The notes under the pieces were generated by a model that was not told where the DNA came from, did not search any database, and saw only the letters and a program-made list of their open reading frames with translations. From Candidatus Undinarchaeota archaeon (GTDB lineage Archaea; Undinarchaeota; Undinarchaeia; Undinarchaeales; UBA543): DNA of 64,000 bases. A program made the translations under genes and the position numbers. This document shows positions 17,003 through 26,637 of the stretch, piece after piece (position 1 is the first letter of the stretch; every line of letters starts with the position of its first letter). The stretch covers positions 1 to 64,000 of the forward strand of contig CAZWSR010000001.1 of assembly GCA_964636545.1 (NCBI GenBank), given 5' to 3'.

Positions 17003-18184
17003 ATGAAATTCTACATTGAAACTTACGGTTGTTCTAGGAATCAAGCAGATTCAGAAGCAATAGCTGGAGCACTTGCTGAAGAACATGAACAGGTTTTGAA
17101 TGCTAATGACGCCGATATTGTTGTTGTAAACACCTGTATTGTGAAAACTCCAACTGAAAATAAGATTTTGAAAGCTTTGAAGAAATATTCTAATAAAAAA
17201 CTGATTGTTGCTGGTTGTATGTCAGTGGCGCAGGTGGAGTTAATTAAAGAAACAGTGCCAAATGCAGAAATTTGGGGAGTTAAGCATGAGGATGTTCTGG
17301 AAGGACCGCGGATTAGAACAAATAAAATTGTTAGTATAATTCCGATTTCATCTGGATGTCTTGGAGATTGTACTTATTGTATTGTTAAAAAAGCTCGTGG
17401 AAAATTAAAAAGTTATTCTCAAGAGAAAATAATTTCTGCAATTGAGAAATCAGTTGCTGATGGTTGTAAGGAAATTTGGATAACTGCTCAGGACACTGGA
17501 GCTTATGGAATTGACACTGGAACAAGCTTGCCAGCGCTTTTAGAGGAAATTTGCAAAGTTTCTGGAGATTTCAGGGTTCGGGTTGGTATGATGAACCCAA
17601 ATCATGCAATGAAAATGCTTCCAGCACTTGTGAAAGCACTTCAGCACGAGAAAATGTTCAAGTTTTTGCATTTGCCAGTTCAGTCAGGAAATGACAAAGT
17701 TTTGAAAGAAATGAATCGATTTTACACTGTTGCTGATTATAAGAAAATAATTGAGTTTGTTAAGAAAGAAATTCCACAAATTACAATTTCCACTGATGTT
17801 ATTGTTGGTTTTCCTGGAGAAACTAATGAGCAATTTGAAGAAAGTTTGAAATTAGTTGAGCAGACAGAGCCAGATATTGTGAATATTTCAAGATATGGAG
17901 CACGGCCGGGCACTCCTGCAGCTGAACTTGAACAACACCAAGAAATTACTAAAAAAGAAAGGAGCAGAGCAATGACAATACTTGTTAGGCAAATTGGGCA
18001 AAAGCAGAATAATGAGTGGTTAGATTGGGAAGGAGAAGTTCTGATTGATGAAATTGGCAAAGAAAATGATTTTATTGGAAGAAATTTTGCGTATAAGCCA
18101 ATTGTTGTGAAAGGAAAACGAGAACTTGGTGAGTTTGTTAAAATTAAGGTTGGGAAAGCAACTGAGAATTATTTAGTTTCTTAA
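17003..18184 (+). CDS. MiaB-like tRNA methylthiotransferase (archaeal MtaB/e-MtaB type)
   Basis: ETYGCSRN..DSE, NTC.VK, CLGDCTYC radical SAM motif, TDVIVGFPGET, C-terminal TRAM. Confidence 0.92.
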   Translation: MKFYIETYGCSRNQADSEAIAGALAEEHEQVLNANDADIVVVNTCIVKTPTENKILKALKKYSNKKLIVAGCMSVAQVELIKETVPNAEIWGVKHEDVLEGPRIRTNKIVSIIPISSGCLGDCTYCIVKKARGKLKSYSQEKIISAIEKSVADGCKEIWITAQDTGAYGIDTGTSLPALLEEICKVSGDFRVRVGMMNPNHAMKMLPALVKALQHEKMFKFLHLPVQSGNDKVLKEMNRFYTVADYKKIIEFVKKEIPQITISTDVIVGFPGETNEQFEESLKLVEQTEPDIVNISRYGARPGTPAAELEQHQEITKKERSRAMTILVRQIGQKQNNEWLDWEGEVLIDEIGKENDFIGRNFAYKPIVVKGKRELGEFVKIKVGKATENYLVS

Positions 18185-19020
18185 GAGAATAGTAATTCTT
18201 AAAAACAATGAAAACCAATAGGACTTAATGAGAGACCCAACAAAAAATTTAAAACATGCTCTTGAAAAAGTAATAGAGCTATATCCAGAATATGCTAATG
18301 AAAAAACTATTGATGTTTTTTCAGAAAAAATAGAAGGAAATATACCATACAAAGGCGTGACACTTGCGATGTATCTCAGAATCCTCTCAAACGCCTATAG
18401 AAACAATCAAGAGAAATTGACAGAAGGATACATAAAAGATGCAGTAGGCAATAAAAATCGAAAAAAACAATGTATACTGATACTAAAACAGGAACAAGAA
18501 TTAACAAAAAAAGTAGCAGAGATATCACACAATATAATTAATAAAAGTAGAATATCATCATTTGAAAAAGTAGTGGAATTGTATCCAAAATACTTTGACG
18601 AAAAAAATATGCGAGATTTTTCAAAAAAAATAAGAGGAGAAATAGAATACTCAGCTGCAACACTGGCTCAGCAACTTGGTATTCTCGCAGATGCCTACAA
18701 AAATAACACAGGAGATCTCACAGAAAAGAGTATACAACGAATAAGGTGTACGCATAGAAATAGAAAAAACCAACTCATAAGCCTATTAAAACACGAACCA
18801 GAATTAATGAAAACAGTAGCAAAAATTGGTTGTTTCTTCAAAAACAAAAAAAGATTCAGAGGAAAAGAGTATCTTAAAGAAAAATACTATGGAAGCGGAA
18901 TATTGTTAGAAAAACTTGCACACTTTCTAGAAATAATGTTTGGATGGAAACCTACAATCCTTAATCAAGCAGCACATAATCCAAGGGCAAGAAGAGCCTG
19001 AGAATTATTTAGTTTCTTAA
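18162..19020. mobile_element. Putative integrated single-gene cassette with perfect 23-bp direct repeats
   Basis: CTGAGAATTATTTAGTTTCTTAA at 18162-18184 (methylthiotransferase 3' end) and 18998-19020. Confidence 0.8.
18228..19001 (+). CDS. Hypothetical protein made of two tandem ~100-aa repeats
   Basis: EKVIELYPEY..SEKIEG.I.Y...TLA..L.IL..AY.NN...LTE...NRK.Q.I..LK.E.EL.K.VA.I occurs twice. Confidence 0.75.
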   Translation: MRDPTKNLKHALEKVIELYPEYANEKTIDVFSEKIEGNIPYKGVTLAMYLRILSNAYRNNQEKLTEGYIKDAVGNKNRKKQCILILKQEQELTKKVAEISHNIINKSRISSFEKVVELYPKYFDEKNMRDFSKKIRGEIEYSAATLAQQLGILADAYKNNTGDLTEKSIQRIRCTHRNRKNQLISLLKHEPELMKTVAKIGCFFKNKKRFRGKEYLKEKYYGSGILLEKLAHFLEIMFGWKPTILNQAAHNPRARRA

Positions 19021-19329
19021 TCACCAATCTGGCAAAGACTCAGACGCAGGTGAATAATCTCCCATACTTGTTAAGGAATAAATACCATCTGTGCCAATTC
19101 GTTCATGAATATATTTGTCTTCTAAAAGTTCATCAAATGCTGCTTCTGCTTGTTCTTTTGGAATTTTCTCAAGAACTGCTTTGTCAATAACTTCATCTCG
19201 CCTAAACTCCAGTAAATTGAGCTCAATAATAACATTCTTTACTGCTGTCTTGTAATCCACGTGCCCAGCAAATGTGTCTTTCTTTGTTTCTTTTTTTTCT
19301 GCATCAATTCCAGGAAGGTCGTCAATCAT
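19021..19329 (-). CDS. Small winged-helix-like protein
   Basis: EVIDKA...IPKEQAEAAFDELLEDKYIHE resembles MCM/RPA C-terminal wH. Confidence 0.55.
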   Translation of the reverse strand: MIDDLPGIDAEKKETKKDTFAGHVDYKTAVKNVIIELNLLEFRRDEVIDKAVLEKIPKEQAEAAFDELLEDKYIHERIGTDGIYSLTSMGDYSPASESLPDW

Positions 19330-19363
19330 AAACTATAAATGTTCGGCATAGGATTTAAGTGTT

Positions 19364-20425
19364 ATGCAGAGGAGGGATTGTACTATCATAGGCGCTGGAC
19401 CAGTTGGGTTGTATCTGGCTAGACAGCTTAAGGATTTTGATGTTAGAATTATTGAAGAGCATAAAGAAGTTGGTAAACCAGTTCAGTGTACTGGATTAAT
19501 TAGCACAAATGTTGACAAAGTACATAAGGTGCCTCTTGATTGCGTTTTGAACAAGGTAAAAGGTGCACGAATACATTCTCCTTCTGGAAAAAAGCTTGAA
19601 ATCAGGGCAGAAACAGAGCAAGCATATGTAATTGATCGTGGACTTTTTGATAAATCACTTGCTGAAGGACTGGAAGTTGAGCATGGAAAGCGAGCAAATC
19701 ACTTGAAATTCAATTCAAAATACATTATTGGAGCAGATGGACCAAATTCCGCAGTTGCACAACTTGCTGGATTTGGAGAAATTGCTGAAAAAGCTCCAGC
19801 AGTACAGTATGAAATTCCAATTGGCAATTACGATACTGAATTTGTTGAAATGTATTTTGGGAACAATATTGCACCTGGTTTTTTTGCATGGATTGTGCCA
19901 ACTGACAGTCGGTTGAGAGTTGGATTAGCTGCTCGCGATAATATAAAATATTATTTAGATAAATTTTTGAATTCAAAAATCCCAGGAGCAAGAATTCTGG
20001 ATACTCAAGCAGGAGTTGTTCCACTTGCACCTCGTCAAAATTTTGTAAAAGGAAATGTTGCACTTGTTGGAGATGCAGCTGGGCAAGTAAAATCAACAAC
20101 AGGTGGCGGAGTTTATACTGGGATGGTTTCAGCAAAATGTTTAGCAGATGCAATTAAACAAGGCGATTTGCAGAAATACCAGAATTTGTGGAAAAAAGAA
20201 CTTGGTAGAGATTTCAGTTTTAATAACAGGATTAGAAGAGCAATTGGGAGTATTTCAGATGTTGAAATGGAAAAAGTTTGGGACATTTTGATAAGGGATG
20301 ATGTAAAGAAAATGATTACAAAATACGGAGGTATGGATCACCCAACAAAATTAGTAAAAGGTCTTTTGAGAAATCCGAAACTTTTAAGATATGTTCCGTA
20401 CTTTATGAGGTTGTGTAAACAGTAG
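19364..20425 (+). CDS. Geranylgeranyl reductase family FAD oxidoreductase
   Basis: IIGAGPVG, PVQCTG, IDR..FD, GADG, PG.FAWIVP, LVGDAAGQVK.TTGGG. Confidence 0.9.
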   Translation: MQRRDCTIIGAGPVGLYLARQLKDFDVRIIEEHKEVGKPVQCTGLISTNVDKVHKVPLDCVLNKVKGARIHSPSGKKLEIRAETEQAYVIDRGLFDKSLAEGLEVEHGKRANHLKFNSKYIIGADGPNSAVAQLAGFGEIAEKAPAVQYEIPIGNYDTEFVEMYFGNNIAPGFFAWIVPTDSRLRVGLAARDNIKYYLDKFLNSKIPGARILDTQAGVVPLAPRQNFVKGNVALVGDAAGQVKSTTGGGVYTGMVSAKCLADAIKQGDLQKYQNLWKKELGRDFSFNNRIRRAIGSISDVEMEKVWDILIRDDVKKMITKYGGMDHPTKLVKGLLRNPKLLRYVPYFMRLCKQ

Positions 20426-20428
20426 TAG

Positions 20429-20463
20429 CCCTACCTACTACCAACCACCGACTACCCACTACT
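20429..20463. repeat. Heptamer array, CCNACYA class
   Basis: CCTACTA CCAACCA CCGACTA CCCACTA between convergent genes. Confidence 0.7.
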
Positions 20464-21145
20464 TTCCGTATCTTCTCTGCCGCGCATCAAAATCATCCAT
20501 TGCTTTTGTAATATCTTCTTTTGTTAAATCAGGCCAATATTTGTCAAGGAAAAACAATTCAGTGTACGCACCTTGCCACAATAAGAAATTACTAATTCGT
20601 TGTTCTCCGGAACTTCGCAAAAGCATGTCTGGCTCAGGAATATCTGGTTTGTAAAGATTTTTTGAAATATTTTCCTCAGAAATTTCAGAACCTGCTTCAT
20701 TTAATTTTTTAACTGCATCGACAATTTCTAATCTTCCTGAATAAGCTAAAGCAATACTGAAAACATGCTTGTCATACTGCTTTGTTGCTTCCATTGCAGA
20801 ATTTGCAGCTTCCTGAATCTTTTTTGGAAGAAGGTCAACTCTGCCAAGTACCTGAACACGGACTTCGTTCTTGTGTGTTCGCTCATCCTCGGCAATTCTC
20901 TTAAAATGGTGTGCATACAATCGCGCCAGCGCATCTAACTGAAGTTTACTTCTATTAAAATTCTCAATTGACAAACCATAGCCAGTAATGTACTTGGTTG
21001 GATAAGTTTCAACAAACCACGGCATAATTTCTTCAATAACTTCAATTCCTTTTTTGTGACCATCCCACGGTTTTAATCCTTGCGCCTTTGCCCACCTACG
21101 ACAGCCATCTGGAATAATTGCTAAGTGATTTGGATAATTTGTCAT
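20459..21145 (-). CDS. uppS: cis-prenyltransferase (polyprenyl diphosphate synthase)
   Basis: HLAIIPDGCRRWA, SIENFNR, AYSGR.EI, PDMLLRSSGEQRISNFLLWQ, RRYG. Confidence 0.95.
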   Translation of the reverse strand: MTNYPNHLAIIPDGCRRWAKAQGLKPWDGHKKGIEVIEEIMPWFVETYPTKYITGYGLSIENFNRSKLQLDALARLYAHHFKRIAEDERTHKNEVRVQVLGRVDLLPKKIQEAANSAMEATKQYDKHVFSIALAYSGRLEIVDAVKKLNEAGSEISEENISKNLYKPDIPEPDMLLRSSGEQRISNFLLWQGAYTELFFLDKYWPDLTKEDITKAMDDFDARQRRYGK

Positions 21146-21164
21146 TTCTTGTTTTTCCTTTTGG

Positions 21165-21236
21165 TTCGGTGTATCAGTGTATCCGGGGCTCAGCGGGTCC
21201 GTACTGAGCCCCTGCGCCCCCGAGCCCCTGCGCCCC
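21165..21236. repeat. GC-rich octamer array overlapping a surface-protein 3' end
   Basis: CCCCTGCG CCCCCGAG CCCCTGCG CCCC plus GGGGCTCAG..CTGAGCCCC hairpin. Confidence 0.75.
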
Positions 21237-23427
21237 TTCGTTTGAATATCTTATCGTGAATCCCTGTGTATTTAAGCACTGTGAAAATTAGGCCAACAGA
21301 AGCCATTGCAACAATCACGTAGATTGGATACATTACAAGATTATCATTCATTTCAACATCCAAGGCAGTTTCAGCATTTTTCAATTGGTAACCCGCTCGT
21401 TCAACAGAAACTTCAAGAGTATGCGCTCCACCGCTTTCATACCATGGGATTTGCAAAACCACATCAACGGATTTGATATTTCCAGGAGCAATTCCTGACA
21501 ATTCAGTAGGTTCTAATCTGAGTTTTGCGCGAACATCTGTTTTAGCAAAAACAAGTACATTGTCAATTGCTAATACACCATTATTTTTAACATAGAAAGT
21601 GATGTTTGTTGTGTTTCCTGCAGAAATTGTGAAATCTTCTTGTAGAATTATCTCAATATCTGATTCAACTGGTAGTTCCTCAGTCAAATAAGTAACTTCC
21701 TCTTCGCTTTTAGGCAATAATTCATCAATAGCACCGCCAAGGTCGTGGATGTGCGCTCCAATGTTTGGAAAACATACATCAACTGTTCCAAGTGCAGAAA
21801 TGCCGGCTTCCGCAATTTCAGACCAGCCAATTCCGTTTCCACAGGTTTCATTAACTCTTGTGAATGGGTCGCCATAGTTTGTGTCCACAACTTCGACTGA
21901 CGAGCTTTTCATAATGCATGGAGTACCATCAATTTTCACATAAGTGAATAATCCACCAAAATCAAGAACCTGATTAATTTCTTCTTGGATTGTTATTGCT
22001 TGAGCAAGATACCAAGTTTCCCCGTTTTTTGAAGTGAAAATATTTAGAACACCTTCACAAGTTGGATCTTCAAGAATTGCAGTAATTCTCAAATTTGTTA
22101 GGAACTGCGCATCTTGGTTATTTGGAGTAAATAATTCACCAGATAATAAATCATTTTCAGGATTTGCATCTTCTAAACCAAGACAGTTTGGATGCGAAAA
22201 TGCCCCGGGTCTACCGTCAAGTTCAACAAAATCTCCAGGCACTAATTTGTCAATTTCAATTCGCATAGGAACACTGCAAACACTACTCTCGCTTGTTGAA
22301 TCACCAAATGTACAGAACTGTTTGGTTTCAAAACCATCAATTAGCGAATATTCTCCACCCATTATTTTGAGGTATTCATTAAGATTTTCGCGGTTCAAGA
22401 TATTGTCAGAAATTTGTTCATACACTTCTTGTCTGACTTCTTCAGTATCTTCATAATCGGGATAAAAGTCAGTGAAAATTGTAGATTGTGTGTAAGCTGT
22501 TTTCACAACATCTCCATCAAACCATTCTGTGTTATTTTCAACGACAATGTCAACAACACCGAGTAAAAGTGAGTAGCTTGCTGCTTGTTCTCGTGTGGTT
22601 TCTCCAAATGCTGGTTTGTATGGGGAAATAGAGCCAGTGTTGGTTACAAGTCTCTTGCATAATGCAGGTGCTTTTCCGCGATTGTAAATCCAATCAGGAG
22701 TAATAAAATGAAGGTCTGGAAGGAATGGCTCAACAGAAATTTTCAACTCAGCAACATTATTATCCTTAAAATCTTCTGGAAGTGCGTTTTCAGGATCAAC
22801 CAGCACTTGGACACTATGCATTCCACTGAATTGAATTGTATAATCGTCCATTTCAGTTGATAAAATAACAGCATTTCCAGGTTCAAGGTTGTTTTTGAGA
22901 GTGAATTCTTTCAATACAGTTGAACCACGCCCTGAAACTGAGTCCAGAACCTTGACTTTGCAGAATGAGTAATCTTTTCCAGCAACTGCTTTCTTGTATG
23001 AAAGTGGAGAGGTTTCAATTAAAAATCGTTTATCTTTCAAGAGAGTGACGCCTTTGAGCAATGCAGTGTCAGTTGGATATAGACCAACTTCGTGCATTTT
23101 TTCCATTAATTCATCAAAATGTGTGCTTCGTCTAAGCAAATGGGTGTGCGCAAACGTTGCCCAATATTCGTCATTTGATATTTTGCCATCGCCATCATCT
23201 AAGTTTTTTAATAAATAACAGAGAACAGGCGAAGTACCTTTGTTTCTGATTTGGATTGAGTTAATTACAAATTGTTCTCCTTCAAATGGGTGCTGATTTG
23301 AAACTGAAATATCTATTGGCTCAACAACTAAGTCAATTGCTTCGGGGATTGTTGGAGCTTGTTCTGCGTGAATTGCGGGAATAAGGATAAGAAAGATTAG
23401 GATTGCGAATAAGTGCTTGTAATTCAT
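21190..23427 (-). CDS. Membrane-anchored surface protein (CARDB/NEW3-like Ig domains)
   Basis: N-terminal signal peptide, VDPENALPE...NN (CARDB), C-terminal TM helix. Confidence 0.75.
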   Translation of the reverse strand: MNYKHLFAILIFLILIPAIHAEQAPTIPEAIDLVVEPIDISVSNQHPFEGEQFVINSIQIRNKGTSPVLCYLLKNLDDGDGKISNDEYWATFAHTHLLRRSTHFDELMEKMHEVGLYPTDTALLKGVTLLKDKRFLIETSPLSYKKAVAGKDYSFCKVKVLDSVSGRGSTVLKEFTLKNNLEPGNAVILSTEMDDYTIQFSGMHSVQVLVDPENALPEDFKDNNVAELKISVEPFLPDLHFITPDWIYNRGKAPALCKRLVTNTGSISPYKPAFGETTREQAASYSLLLGVVDIVVENNTEWFDGDVVKTAYTQSTIFTDFYPDYEDTEEVRQEVYEQISDNILNRENLNEYLKIMGGEYSLIDGFETKQFCTFGDSTSESSVCSVPMRIEIDKLVPGDFVELDGRPGAFSHPNCLGLEDANPENDLLSGELFTPNNQDAQFLTNLRITAILEDPTCEGVLNIFTSKNGETWYLAQAITIQEEINQVLDFGGLFTYVKIDGTPCIMKSSSVEVVDTNYGDPFTRVNETCGNGIGWSEIAEAGISALGTVDVCFPNIGAHIHDLGGAIDELLPKSEEEVTYLTEELPVESDIEIILQEDFTISAGNTTNITFYVKNNGVLAIDNVLVFAKTDVRAKLRLEPTELSGIAPGNIKSVDVVLQIPWYESGGAHTLEVSVERAGYQLKNAETALDVEMNDNLVMYPIYVIVAMASVGLIFTVLKYTGIHDKIFKRRGAGARGRRGSVRTR

Positions 23428-23465
23428 GATTTGGTATAATTGGTGGGGGTATATAAATTATAAGG

Positions 23466-23532
23466 GGCAGTAGATAGTGGGCAGAAGGCAGTGGGAACAG
23501 ACCTACTACCTACTGCCCAGGGCCTACTACCT
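23466..23532. repeat. Heptamer palindromic array (GGCAGTR)n / (CCTACTR)n
   Basis: GGCAGTA GATAGTG GGCAGAA GGCAGTG GG-AACAGA-CCTACTA CCTACTG CCCAGGG CCTACTA. Confidence 0.85.
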
Positions 23533-23601
23533 GAAAACATATCAACAAAGCCACCAAAACTATAAAAAGAACAAACAACTCAGATAGAGAAGGGGAGAAT
23601 A

Positions 23602-24573
23602 ATGGCTGAGAAATTATTTGAAGAAGTTTGGACTGAGAAGTACCGACCGCAGGGTTTGGATGATGTTGTTGGACAAAAGGAAATTGTGAGCAGATTACAG
23701 TCATTTGTTAAGAATAAAACCCTCCAGAATTTGTTGTTTGCAGGTCAAGCAGGAACTGGAAAAACAACATGCTCCATGGCAATTGCACGAGAATTATTTG
23801 GAGATAATTGGAAAGGGAATTTTTTGGAATTAAATGCTTCTGATGAGAGAGGAATTGACGTTGTTCGTGTTAAAGTTAAGGATTTTGCAAGAACTAGGCC
23901 ACTTGGTGAAGTTCCATACAAGATAATTTATTTAGATGAAAGTGATGCATTGACTCGTGAAGCGCAACAGGCGCTTAGACGGACAATGGAAGATTATACT
24001 GGAACTTGTCGTTTTATTCTGGCTTGTAATTATAATTCAAAGATTATTGACCCGATTAAGAGTAGATGCGCATTTTTCAGGTTCTTGCCTATTTCAAATG
24101 ATGATTTGAAAGTTCGCTTGGACATGATTGCTGGAAAAGAGAATCTGCAAATTAGTGATGATGGAATGGAGTCAATACTTGAAATTGCTGGTGGTGATTT
24201 GAGGCACGCAATTAACTTACTTCAAGCAACTGCTGCAACTGTTAAGAAAATCAATTCAGATGCAGTTTACAAAGTTGCTGCACGGGCTCAGCCGCAGGAG
24301 ATTGAAGATTGTGTTAAACTTGCACTTGATGGGAATTTTAATGATGCAAGAAGTCAGTTAGATGGCGTGATGATTAAGCAAGGACTTTCTGGTGAGGATG
24401 TTGTTAGGCAGATTCACTCAACTGTTTTGAAAATGGAATTGCCAGAGGATAAGCTGGTTCCGTTAATTGACAAAATTGGCGAGTATAGTTTCAGGATTAT
24501 TGAAGGTGCTGATGCACGGATTCAGGTTTGTGCATTGTTAGCGCAGATTTATGCTATTGGGAAGAAAAAATGA
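23602..24573 (+). CDS. rfcS: Replication factor C small subunit
   Basis: WTEKYRP, GQAGTGKTT, ELNASDERGIDVVR, LDESDALT, SRC. Confidence 0.97.
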   Translation: MAEKLFEEVWTEKYRPQGLDDVVGQKEIVSRLQSFVKNKTLQNLLFAGQAGTGKTTCSMAIARELFGDNWKGNFLELNASDERGIDVVRVKVKDFARTRPLGEVPYKIIYLDESDALTREAQQALRRTMEDYTGTCRFILACNYNSKIIDPIKSRCAFFRFLPISNDDLKVRLDMIAGKENLQISDDGMESILEIAGGDLRHAINLLQATAATVKKINSDAVYKVAARAQPQEIEDCVKLALDGNFNDARSQLDGVMIKQGLSGEDVVRQIHSTVLKMELPEDKLVPLIDKIGEYSFRIIEGADARIQVCALLAQIYAIGKKK

Positions 24574-25793
24574 GTTTACCATGGCCTGAAAAATATAGGC
24601 CGAAAACAACTAGTGAAATTGTAGGTCAAACGAGTTCAGTTACTGAAGTTAAAAATTGGATTGCGAATTTTAAAACTGCAAAGGAGAAAGCACTTTTATT
24701 AACTGGTCCAGTTGGTTCAGGAAAAACTTCACTTGTTAAAGCAATTGCAAATGAACTTGAATTTGACTTAATTGAAATGAATGCATCGGATGTTCGAAAA
24801 AAAGATCAGATTGAATCATTATTAGGAAGTGCAACAACTCAGCAAAGTTTGCTGGCAGTGAAAGGTAAACTTGTTCTAGTTGATGAGGTTGACGGAATTT
24901 CAGGAAATTCTGACCGCGGTGGAATGGCTGCTCTTGGCAGAATTATTTCAAAAACCAGTTTTCCGATTATATTGACTGCAACTGACAAGTGGAATAGGAA
25001 ATTGTCAAATCTTAGGAAAAAGTGTATTGCAGTTAATTTAAAGAAAGTTGATATTCGTTCAATGGCAAAACGGCTTGAGGAAATTGTTAAAGAAGAGCAT
25101 TTGAAAGTTGGTGAAGGTGTGCTAACTGAAATTTCTCGCAGATCTGAAGGTGATTTGCGGGCAGCGATTAATGATCTGGAATCGCTTGCATGCGGTAATA
25201 AAATAACAATGAGTGATTTGGAGAAACTTGGCGCTCGCGAGAATATTAAAAGTATTTTTGATACACTTTTTGCAATTTACAAAACAAAAGATCCTGAATT
25301 TATTATGGATTCGTTTTGGAAATGCGACAAAAGCCCTGGGGAAATTATGTTGTGGTTAATTGAGACAATTCCAAAGGAGTATGAGAAACCAGATGAAATT
25401 GCTGAAGCATTTGATAATATTTCGCGAGCTGATATTTTTAATGGGCGGATCCCACATAGTCAGGCATGGAGCTTGATGTCATATTCAGCTGAACTAACTG
25501 CTCTTGGAACTGCAATGGCAAAGCAGGAGAAGTATAAGAAATTTACAAAGTATATGCCACCAACTTATTTGATGCGGATGGGAAGGACGCGGATGAGTCG
25601 GGCAATGCGGAAGAAAGTTTCTGGATCAATTGGTGAGAAATTACATTGTTCTAGGAAAGTGGTTGGGGAACATTATGGGTATTATAGAATGATGGCGAAA
25701 AAATATAATAAGGCAGTAGGTAGTGGGCAGGAGGTAGTGGGAAACAATTGGCTTGGATTGGAAGAAGATGAATTAGTGTTTTTGAAGAAGTAA
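24570..25793 (+). CDS. rfcL: Replication factor C large subunit
   Basis: WPEKYRP, GPVGSGKTS, EMNASD, DEVDG, GDLRAAINDL; heptamer-derived KAVGSGQEVVG near the C-terminus. Confidence 0.95.
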   Translation: MSLPWPEKYRPKTTSEIVGQTSSVTEVKNWIANFKTAKEKALLLTGPVGSGKTSLVKAIANELEFDLIEMNASDVRKKDQIESLLGSATTQQSLLAVKGKLVLVDEVDGISGNSDRGGMAALGRIISKTSFPIILTATDKWNRKLSNLRKKCIAVNLKKVDIRSMAKRLEEIVKEEHLKVGEGVLTEISRRSEGDLRAAINDLESLACGNKITMSDLEKLGARENIKSIFDTLFAIYKTKDPEFIMDSFWKCDKSPGEIMLWLIETIPKEYEKPDEIAEAFDNISRADIFNGRIPHSQAWSLMSYSAELTALGTAMAKQEKYKKFTKYMPPTYLMRMGRTRMSRAMRKKVSGSIGEKLHCSRKVVGEHYGYYRMMAKKYNKAVGSGQEVVGNNWLGLEEDELVFLKK

Positions 25794-25829
25794 ATTGTTA
25801 TAAAGTATTGAAAATAATGAGATATTGGA

Positions 25830-26438
25830 ATGACTAAAGAAATTACAAAAGATGATGTAATGCTGGCAACAGAAACAGAGAGAGAATGGGAATTGTTTAT
25901 AGGTAAAAAGGTAAGGAGTGTTAGGTTAAAGGTTCTTGTTAAAAGTGAAAAAATAAGTAATCTTTTGAAAGGAAAAGAGGATAAATTCAATAAATTAAAA
26001 GAGCTAGATCGGAAACGTGAGGAATTCCCACACAAAATAACTGGCAGGATTACAATTCAGAGATTGAGGTATAAGGATATAAGAGATGGAATGACTGGTA
26101 TATTTTTAAGATTATTAAAAGAAGATGCAGAAAAAAAAGAAAATAGTGATCTTGCAGAAATTTTGAAAAGGGATGGAGAAGATGAAGAAGAGTTACAAAT
26201 ACTTTCAATTAATTTCTTGAATCCACGACATAACTTGATAAAAGAGGGGATAGATAAAATAACACAAAAAAAAGGGATAGGAACAGCATCAGTTGAAAAC
26301 CTAATAGAACTTGTGGAAGATATGAAGAATCCGAAGATGAAGTACATCATTGTAGCAACAACAAAAGAGTATGCTGGAAACACATTGAAGAAATTTGAGT
26401 TTGACTGTATTGGAGATTCAGAAGATGGTAGTTATTAG
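25830..26438 (+). CDS. Hypothetical protein, possible divergent GNAT fold at the C-terminus
   Basis: QKKGIGT motif-A-like and A...LKKFEF end; purine-rich orphan. Confidence 0.5.
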   Translation: MTKEITKDDVMLATETEREWELFIGKKVRSVRLKVLVKSEKISNLLKGKEDKFNKLKELDRKREEFPHKITGRITIQRLRYKDIRDGMTGIFLRLLKEDAEKKENSDLAEILKRDGEDEEELQILSINFLNPRHNLIKEGIDKITQKKGIGTASVENLIELVEDMKNPKMKYIIVATTKEYAGNTLKKFEFDCIGDSEDGSY

Positions 26439-26459
26439 TATAGGAAGTTGTGAGTTAAA

Positions 26460-26600
26460 ATGAAAAATCCAAAACGTTTTTGTTCAAACTGTAAAAAAGA
26501 GCTTTCTAAAGATAGTAAATTAGAGGTTTGCTCTAGTTGTTTTGAAGAAGTTGCAAAAGGATTTACTGCTAGTACTTGGAAAATAAATAAGAAGAAATGA
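26460..26600 (+). CDS. Small zinc-finger protein (46 aa, not in the ORF track)
   Basis: MKNPKRFCSNCKKELSKDSKLEVCSSCFEE..., CxxC-x12-CxxC. Confidence 0.65.
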   Translation: MKNPKRFCSNCKKELSKDSKLEVCSSCFEEVAKGFTASTWKINKKK

Positions 26601-26637
26601 GGAAATTGTTATAAAGAAGTAGATACAAGTGAATGTT

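Noticed and set aside
10247-25793. Inteins in MCM or RFC
   Set aside because: Proteins are of normal length with uninterrupted Walker motifs.
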